From the IMG/VR virus record IMGVR_UViG_3300033068_000287, positions 1 to 21,497 of that record: DNA of 21,497 bases; one strand, written 5' to 3'. This stretch comes from a virus. Taxonomy: Duplodnaviria; Heunggongvirae; Uroviricota; Caudoviricetes. The position numbers were made by a program, and so were the translations under genes. The notes below the pieces were generated by a model. It was not told the origin of the DNA, did not search any database, and saw nothing but the letters and a program-made list of their open reading frames with translations. Shown one piece after another: positions 15,337 through 21,497 of this stretch. Position 1 is the stretch's first letter, and the number at the start of each line of letters is the position of its first letter.

Positions 15337-16647
15337 TTAAATTTCCCAATCTGTCCAGCCGCGAGTTGATACGTTTACTGTACCACCGGCTGTAGCGGCT
15401 CTAATACCAATTTGTCCAGATGTATTTGTACTGCATAATACTGTCATACCTTGAGGGTAAGAACCGTTACCACCAACATTCATTGTAGCGTTAGTTAGTG
15501 AAACGGCAGTATCAGCTTCATTAACAAGGTCTGTAACCAAAATACCATAATCAGAAGATGCAGGACATGTAAAGATCAAACCAACTTCAGCTTCCACAAT
15601 AATACCTGTTGGAACTCTTAATGTTCTTGTATCTCTTGCTGTATTGTTCTGTGTTTGTGCAGATACAGTATTTTGTAGTGCTTTATATCTAAATTTATTT
15701 CCTGTTTGTACGAATTGCAAAATTCCACCAGAGAAACGAACAATAGAACCAATGCGTTTCTTTTTAGTATAATTTGCAGGCATTGTTGGTGCAGTAGCAG
15801 ACAATGAAAATAGAACATCAGAAATATTAGTATCTGTTCTATGAATAACAAAAACATGCCATGTGTTATCTGCGATTGATCCTGTATCTCTTGCGCCTTG
15901 GTTGCTTCCTACTGTCCATGCGGCATCTAACTGTTTAATGATATTTGAAATAGTCATTATTGTAGTTCCGTCATCAGAGACGCAAGAACCAGCAAGGATA
16001 TTAATATCATTAGTTGTATCGCCAGCATCATTAGACATTTTAAGTCCGTATAAAATTTTACCTCTAAGTGTCGTTGCAGGCACAGCACCAAAAATTGTAT
16101 TATATACAGTTGTATCTAGTTTAGCTGTATTGATAGCACCATTAGCAATTTTAGCTGTTGTAACAGAGTTATCTTGAATCTTTTGTAGCGTAACAGAGTT
16201 ATCAGCTAGTTTAGTATTCGTTACAGCAGCAGTACCAATTTTAGATTCTGTTACAGCAGCAGTACCAATTTTAGATTCTGTTACAGCAGAATTAGCTAGT
16301 TTGCTTGTTGTTACAGCGCCAGTTCCAATTTTAACTTCAGAAACTGAAGAATCGGCAGGCTCTACAGTGTCATACACTGAACCGTAAATAATTCCGAAGA
16401 ATGGGGTTCCTGTGTCTGGTGCTGTGGTGAATAGAATTTTATCGTTAGAACTACCAATAGTAAATGCAACTCCAGGCTCTTGAATAACCCCATTAAGAGA
16501 AATTAGAAGCTGGCTATCTGTTCCGATTGTAACAGTTGATCCAGAATTTCTTAAATTGAATTCTGTTAGTACACCGTTAAATTGTGATGAAATATCGTCA
16601 AGGCGTTTATAATCCCCGACAGCAGGTGAAGCACCGATATATGCCAT
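15337..16647 (-). CDS. tail fibre protein (MAYIG family), 436 aa, with decapeptide shaft repeats
   Basis: MAYIGASP...LDDISSQFNG...LLISLNGVIQEP...ILFTTAP N-terminal domain typical of T4-like cyanophage/pelagiphage fibres. Eight [SA][VI].{3}K[IL].{3} repeats at aa 101-180, then a C-terminal globular region. Confidence 0.85.
   Translation of the reverse strand: MAYIGASPAVGDYKRLDDISSQFNGVLTEFNLRNSGSTVTIGTDSQLLISLNGVIQEPGVAFTIGSSNDKILFTTAPDTGTPFFGIIYGSVYDTVEPADSSVSEVKIGTGAVTTSKLANSAVTESKIGTAAVTESKIGTAAVTNTKLADNSVTLQKIQDNSVTTAKIANGAINTAKLDTTVYNTIFGAVPATTLRGKILYGLKMSNDAGDTTNDINILAGSCVSDDGTTIMTISNIIKQLDAAWTVGSNQGARDTGSIADNTWHVFVIHRTDTNISDVLFSLSATAPTMPANYTKKKRIGSIVRFSGGILQFVQTGNKFRYKALQNTVSAQTQNNTARDTRTLRVPTGIIVEAEVGLIFTCPASSDYGILVTDLVNEADTAVSLTNATMNVGGNGSYPQGMTVLCSTNTSGQIGIRAATAGGTVNVSTRGWTDWEI
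16108..16347 (-). repeat. array of eight 30-nt/10-aa fibre-shaft repeats including an exact tandem duplication (16220-16289)
   Basis: gttacagcagcagtaccaattttagattct occurs twice, followed by a further 10 matching nt, encoding AVTESKIGTA AVTESKIGTA AVT. Confidence 0.95.
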
Positions 16648-16650
16648 TTA

Positions 16651-16983
16651 TTATGTGATCTCCAAAACAGACATTACAACGTCAACAGAAGTAGTCAAAG
16701 ATGAAACAGCAGCAATTTTATCTGCTGCCTCTAAAACAACTTTTTGATCTCCACCTACCACAACTAACGAACTGCCAGCAGGCAAAGGAGCGTCTTTAAT
16801 AAGATAAACAGTAGTAGCTGTAGATGTATCAATAAGTTTAACACTTACTGTAATAGTAGATACTGTTGTATTTGCTAAAGATAGTCCGATAACTGTAGAA
16901 GTTGTAGAAGCAGGAGTAACATAAATGTCCTGTTGTGCTGTTCCTAGGTTAGCGTAAACTTTATTTTTAAACGTGTTTGGCAT
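16651..16983 (-). CDS. conserved small beta-sandwich virion adaptor, 110 aa
   Basis: MPNTFKN...DIYVTPASTTSTVIGLSLANTT...LIKDAPLPAGSSLVVV...KVVLEAADKI...VDVVMSVLEIT, a family I recognise from environmental phages between an A[IF]A.AI.[LF]G-ending gene and a MAYIG gene. Confidence 0.75.
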   Translation of the reverse strand: MPNTFKNKVYANLGTAQQDIYVTPASTTSTVIGLSLANTTVSTITVSVKLIDTSTATTVYLIKDAPLPAGSSLVVVGGDQKVVLEAADKIAAVSSLTTSVDVVMSVLEIT

Positions 16984-16992
16984 AGTGCTGTA

Positions 16993-17397
16993 TTATCCTC
17001 CGAATACGATAGCAAACGCAATAATTTGATCTTCAACCGCGGCTGTTTTTGCGTCAACATATGCCTTTGTGGTTGCATGATTTGTTAGTGTAGGGGCAGA
17101 AGCTAATAGAATTGTAACGTTATCTATTGTTCCGCCAGAAATTTTATCACCAGAAATTTGGTCGTTTGCAAGAACTAAAGAAGCAGACGATAAAGTCATA
17201 GTGCTGTTAACTGTTAAGTTAGAAAATGTTCCTACTGCTGGTGTAGATTGTCCAATAGTTGTACCATTGATTGCTCCGCCAGTAATATTAATAGCATTAT
17301 ATTCTCCGATAGCATTCCATCTATCAATCATTGTATTACAACGTTGACGCATAATATTAAAATTATTGCTTAATGTAATTGTATCAATTGTTGCCAT
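16993..17397 (-). CDS. short fibre-connector protein, 134 aa
   Basis: N-terminal helical segment (NNFNIMRQRCNTMIDRWN), fibre motifs (ITGGAINGTTIG, HATTKAYVDA) and a hydrophobic C-terminus IIAFAIVFGG. Confidence 0.7.
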   Translation of the reverse strand: MATIDTITLSNNFNIMRQRCNTMIDRWNAIGEYNAINITGGAINGTTIGQSTPAVGTFSNLTVNSTMTLSSASLVLANDQISGDKISGGTIDNVTILLASAPTLTNHATTKAYVDAKTAAVEDQIIAFAIVFGG

Positions 17398-17398
17398 T

Positions 17399-17617
17399 TT
17401 ATTCTTTTCTTAATAGTTCTAGAATTAAATTTAATTTGTCATCTAAAGCATCAACTCTATTTTCTAAATTACTTAATTTTTGTTTCTCATTAAGTCTAGA
17501 ATTCTTGGATTCTTTAGCTTTTTTCAGTGCATCCGTATTAGTATTTATGATAGCTTGCGTACTAGTATCTCTAATAATATCTGAATGCCCTTCTACTTTT
17601 AGATATTTTTCTGTCAT
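17399..17617 (-). CDS. conserved small coiled-coil protein of T4-like phages downstream of VrlC, 72 aa
   Basis: KVEGHSDIIRDTSTQAIINT plus C-terminal heptad LENRVDALDDKLNLILELL, in the position typical of T4-like cyanophage baseplate regions. Confidence 0.75.
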   Translation of the reverse strand: MTEKYLKVEGHSDIIRDTSTQAIINTNTDALKKAKESKNSRLNEKQKLSNLENRVDALDDKLNLILELLRKE

Positions 17618-17620
17618 AAA

Positions 17621-20600
17621 TTATGTTCCTAATGCGATGGCTCTAAAGTCACGAATAACCGGAACGTCTGAAGTCTCGTTTGTCAACATGACAACTTTGA
17701 CAGAGAATACGCTGAAGTTTTCCAATTCATCTAATTCAAAGATATAATCTCTAAAGTTAGCATCATCAGGAACAGGATATCCAATAGCAGTCATTTCAAC
17801 ATAGTCTAAATCATCAAATAATGTTTGGTCATCGTCAAGTTGATACTTAACGTAAACTTTGATTGTAGCATTAGCAGGTCTAACAGCAGCAAGATAAACT
17901 CTTACACCACTAGCACTATCAGCAAGAGGAATTCTCTTTGTGATATAACGTGCTAATGCTTTACCAGATAGTGCGTCTGTTTCGTCTGTAGAATTATTAT
18001 TAACTCTATTTGAAATTGCTAGTACAGATAGTCTTGTTGTATCAATAACTGGTGATACATATTCTGAATCTGTTTCCATTCTTGCTAGAATATGCACAGA
18101 CTTATTGCTAGGTTCATCATTAGGATTAACGATAAGCTGTGGTGAAGCAAATTGAATGTTTTGTAAAATTGCAACAGAACTAAAGCTGCTAGATAGAATT
18201 CCACTTTCGTTTCTTGTTTTTACAGACCAATCCATTGCTGTGTTAGGGAATGTCATAGTTTGTGCCATGATATTCATTACGTCTGTTCTTAGGTTTCTAG
18301 TAGCAAAAACTCTAGCACCACCAGCAAGACCAGTAGCAGTAGGTAATGTATTGTTGCTATCAAATTCAATTGTGTATGTATCGAAGTCAACATATGTAAT
18401 CGCAAATGTATCATTCAATTCAACAGCAGGAATACCGTTATGTGTTCCTACGATGCCTGTATATGTTACATCTTGTCCTGTTGTCATTCCGTGGCTAGGA
18501 TGGAAAACTGTAATTGTATTATTTCCAGAAACAGTTCTGAAAGGATCAAGAGGTAGAAGAACTTTAGGAACTTCGTTGTTTCTTAATGTAACATTAGCTG
18601 TAACAGCATCATCAAAAGCACAACGGAAGATTTGGAATTTAATATCTTGTTCCTGATCTGGCGTCCATGTAGAAGCGTTAGCAGATTTAAACATAACGCC
18701 AGCATATGGTTGTTGTGAAATTCTTTCACCAGTAGTAACATCAAATTCACCAAGTCTTGAACACCAAACGTTGTAATCATTTGAGTTAGCAAGCAATACG
18801 AAACAGTATTCAGTATTGCCTTCTAGATATACAGGGCTTGGGAATGTAAATGATGTAGCAACGTTAGCTGTTTCTGAAACATTAACTTGTGCAGGATTCA
18901 ATGAAACATCAGAGAATGGAACAACAAACTGTCCAGGAACACCGTTAATAACGTTACGAATTTGCAATCTTACAGGAACGCCGCTAGTGTCTTTTGTCGC
19001 AAAGAAAATATTGATATTGCTTAAGAATGCGCCTTGTGAATTATCGACAAGGAATGTTTGTGCAATAGGATCAATATACTGGAAGTTACCAGTAACTGTT
19101 CTTTGTTCTGTAGAAATTGCAATACCAGTTCTTGTTTCTGTTACGCTGTTTTGAACAATTTCATATTGTTGTGTAGATTGAATTGTTGCTTGTTTTGTTT
19201 GCAGAATACCAGTAGCAGAATATTGTGCTGAAGCTGCTGTAGATGCAAGCAATCTATTGTTTGATTGAATATCAACCAATTCGAATAGTCTTGAACCTGT
19301 TCTAAATTTAACAACACTATCATTAGGAAGATCAAAAGTACCTTCTACAGTTCCGCTAATGTCAGTAACAAGTGCGTCACCGTTAACGGCGTTAGAATCG
19401 TCAGGACGGCAATATGCAGATACATTAATACCATCAAAGAATGGATATACTTGTGTATTTGGTTTCAAATTTCTACCAGTGAACGCAACGGTATTTTCGC
19501 GCATCCACGGAATAACTGTTGTATTAACTACACGGTCTTCGATAACTTCATTGATTGTTGAACCAGGAACTACAGTCATCATTGTACCAGTTCTTGTTTC
19601 ACCAACTTGTCTAACGACAGTTTCTGTTAGTGTACCAGAGAATCTAGCGTAACCATTCATTGTTGCGCCTTGTTCGATGTTTGTTAAGTTAGCACCGAAG
19701 AATTGGCCGTTTGCGTTAACAAATGAAGCGTTGGCAATACTGCTGTTTCCCCATCCTTTAAATGTACCATCAACAAATGATTGACCAGTTTCAACTTCGG
19801 CGCGCATCAATTCGTCACCGATCCATGTTGTAGTCCATTCGTTCCAGTTTTTAGAACCATTCAATGCAGCAACGGCATTATTATACGCTTCAGCATTAGA
19901 AATGATAACGTCTGCTAATTGGTTTTGTTCAAACCAGTCATCGGAACTAGGAACAAGAGTAATACCACCAACCCAACTGAAAACGTTGTATGGGTTGATA
20001 TTTTCTGTTTTAGAAGAATACAACTGACTAATCATAGGTGTTGTAGTATATGGCAATGTAACCAATACGCCAGTTTTTGTATAGTTTGTACTATCAACTG
20101 TGTATAGTTCTAAGTCAACATTTTCAACGTTGAAACTTGGACGTAAAGTACCAGCATTAGCATCAACAGAACATTGATATGCTCTTAAACCTGTATCGCC
20201 GACCAAGTGCGATTTGAAATTATCTACAATGAATCCGTTTTTGAAACGATTCATACCAGTACCATCATCAATGAATAGGTCTGCTGTTTCTTTTTCTAAT
20301 AGAGAAAGAGAAGTGTAGTATTCCATATTATTGATACGTTTTTCTAGTTTACCGATATCACGCATTGTGTAGCGTCTGTTATCGATAAGTTTAATATCAA
20401 TATCTTTGCTAGAGAATGTATAAGGTCTAACATTGCACTGATATAGTACCATTGCATTTTCTGGGTCTTTTGGTGCTAATGGATTAATACCTGAAGCACC
20501 CATTAGTAATCTAAATTTACCAGTAGAATCTAGAATGATTTTATCAATACGACCAACGTGGTATTCGTAATCACAATTGAATTGTTCGCCGTTAGCAACA

Positions 20601-21497
20601 TATTCAACATATGAGGAGAATCCGTTACCAGCATCATTGATTCTTGGTCTAAAGTCGATAGTGTTTACTAGATCATACATTGTACCATCAGAAGCAATAT
20701 ATGTTTGAATATCTTTGTAATCGATAACGCCATCATAAGAATCTACAGAGAAATAATCTCCAGAACCATGAGTAAAAAAGTCATAGTTAACTGAAATGTT
20801 ACCTACAGGAGCAGAATAACCAGTTTTGAATAACAATCTACCACGATCATAGTAATTGTCTCTTTGGCCATTATCAAAGATGTATCTATCTGTAATAACT
20901 TGTGAAGTTGTTACGTCTGTAATAGAATTAATTCTAAAAATATCAGCACGATCTAATTGGAATGTAGATGCATGTGCAGCAGTTTGTGTCCTATTTGTCA
21001 GAGTTTTTGTTTTTTGTGTCGCTAGAGTTTTAATAACAGTAGCAACAATTGCAACAGAAGAACCTGAAATTGAAGGAACAGTAATAGTTACTTGTTTTCC
21101 GACAGGAGAGCCACCAAGAACTACAGAGTTGCCACCAGCAGCTAGATTGATAACGTCTCCGTTAGCAAAACTGTTGCCTGTAGCTGTACCTGAAGCGGAG
21201 GTAATTGATAAGTGATAGCTAAGAATAGTGAAAGAATCAAACAATTCATTTGATCCAGCATTTAATGTAATGCTAGTTCCTGACATTGTTCCTGTGTAAT
21301 ATCTTTTTACAGTGTAACTTGTATCAAGATTCCCTAATTCATTTTTGAATGATTTAATAGCAGGTTCAGGGAAAGAGAATAAGCTAATGTTATTGAATAG
21401 ATCATATAGAACAGCAGAACTTGATTCTAGAACAGGCTTACATGATTTGCCTGTTGCTGTGATATCTCTTACGTTAGCAAAAGTGTTTGAAGTCATA
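17621..21497 (-). CDS. VrlC/DUF4815-type large baseplate structural protein, 5'-truncated by the window edge
   Basis: Motifs IDFRPR, YHVGRIDKIIL, RRYTMRDIGKLEKRINNMEYYTSLSLLE, RFKNGFIVDNF, DPIAQTFLV, VMFKSANASTW and VPVIRDFRAIAL. The frame is open to the window edge, so the ATG at 21496 may be internal. Confidence 0.85.
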   Translation of the reverse strand, partial: MTSNTFANVRDITATGKSCKPVLESSSAVLYDLFNNISLFSFPEPAIKSFKNELGNLDTSYTVKRYYTGTMSGTSITLNAGSNELFDSFTILSYHLSITSASGTATGNSFANGDVINLAAGGNSVVLGGSPVGKQVTITVPSISGSSVAIVATVIKTLATQKTKTLTNRTQTAAHASTFQLDRADIFRINSITDVTTSQVITDRYIFDNGQRDNYYDRGRLLFKTGYSAPVGNISVNYDFFTHGSGDYFSVDSYDGVIDYKDIQTYIASDGTMYDLVNTIDFRPRINDAGNGFSSYVEYVANGEQFNCDYEYHVGRIDKIILDSTGKFRLLMGASGINPLAPKDPENAMVLYQCNVRPYTFSSKDIDIKLIDNRRYTMRDIGKLEKRINNMEYYTSLSLLEKETADLFIDDGTGMNRFKNGFIVDNFKSHLVGDTGLRAYQCSVDANAGTLRPSFNVENVDLELYTVDSTNYTKTGVLVTLPYTTTPMISQLYSSKTENINPYNVFSWVGGITLVPSSDDWFEQNQLADVIISNAEAYNNAVAALNGSKNWNEWTTTWIGDELMRAEVETGQSFVDGTFKGWGNSSIANASFVNANGQFFGANLTNIEQGATMNGYARFSGTLTETVVRQVGETRTGTMMTVVPGSTINEVIEDRVVNTTVIPWMRENTVAFTGRNLKPNTQVYPFFDGINVSAYCRPDDSNAVNGDALVTDISGTVEGTFDLPNDSVVKFRTGSRLFELVDIQSNNRLLASTAASAQYSATGILQTKQATIQSTQQYEIVQNSVTETRTGIAISTEQRTVTGNFQYIDPIAQTFLVDNSQGAFLSNINIFFATKDTSGVPVRLQIRNVINGVPGQFVVPFSDVSLNPAQVNVSETANVATSFTFPSPVYLEGNTEYCFVLLANSNDYNVWCSRLGEFDVTTGERISQQPYAGVMFKSANASTWTPDQEQDIKFQIFRCAFDDAVTANVTLRNNEVPKVLLPLDPFRTVSGNNTITVFHPSHGMTTGQDVTYTGIVGTHNGIPAVELNDTFAITYVDFDTYTIEFDSNNTLPTATGLAGGARVFATRNLRTDVMNIMAQTMTFPNTAMDWSVKTRNESGILSSSFSSVAILQNIQFASPQLIVNPNDEPSNKSVHILARMETDSEYVSPVIDTTRLSVLAISNRVNNNSTDETDALSGKALARYITKRIPLADSASGVRVYLAAVRPANATIKVYVKYQLDDDQTLFDDLDYVEMTAIGYPVPDDANFRDYIFELDELENFSVFSVKVVMLTNETSDVPVIRDFRAIALGT

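Noticed and set aside
16220-16289. CRISPR-like 30-nt repeats
   Set aside because: The repeats are directly tandem with no spacers and are in-frame coding repeats.
552-19335. Short same-strand out-of-frame ORFs nested in larger genes (552..746, 4523..4714, 11669..11866, 14610..14834, 15618..15857, 18583..18792, 19141..19335)
   Set aside because: They are 63-79 aa, Leu/Gln-rich off-frame shadows with no SD, no motifs and no slippery site linking them to the host gene.
326-21215. Plus-strand ORFs in the track (e.g. 326..673, 8767..9120, 9496..9909, 10249..11028, 18156..18656, 20856..21215)
   Set aside because: All lie antisense to long, motif-bearing minus-strand genes. Their Val/Pro/Ala-rich translations are the expected mirror of Thr/Gly/Ala codons, and they have no recognisable motifs or RBS.
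17621-21497. Virulence gene (VrlC label) and ATG 21496 as the true start
   Set aside because: VrlC-like/DUF4815 proteins in phages are baseplate structural proteins. The frame is open to the window edge, so the true start cannot be seen.
148-21497. Stop-codon reassignment (alternative genetic code)
   Set aside because: Under code 11 the genes are intact and tile the window with small gaps or overlaps. TAG and TAA stops fall at sensible domain ends (e.g. NGGTF*, DRNYT*).

Overview
The window is an AT-rich, tightly packed, almost entirely minus-strand late structural region of a large T4-like myovirus. The gene order and NATAAATA late promoters resemble T4-like cyanophages, pelagiphages and related environmental phages; the host cannot be determined from the sequence. 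In transcription order (high to low coordinate) it begins with the 3' part of a VrlC/DUF4815-type baseplate protein and its usual small downstream neighbour. About 18 fibre, adaptor and adhesin genes follow. They include an S74-chaperone fibre followed by a small tip protein, a fibre plus LamG lectin, a fibre plus glycine-rich adhesin, two mini-collagens, a 1081-aa beta-helix spike with two uncharacterised partners, two tandem collar-like paralogues and a terminal Mtd_N-like fibre. The most notable pattern is architectural. Five late-promoter motifs fall at the boundaries of these cassettes, and short terminal motifs recur in pairs ([DN]GGxF ends with Mtd_N-like starts, DRxY ends, IAGPRGP starts). 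I infer a modular, branched, plug-and-socket receptor-binding apparatus. No RNA genes, CRISPR array, mobile element or reverse transcriptase were seen. Family assignments come from motif recognition only; no database searches were run.
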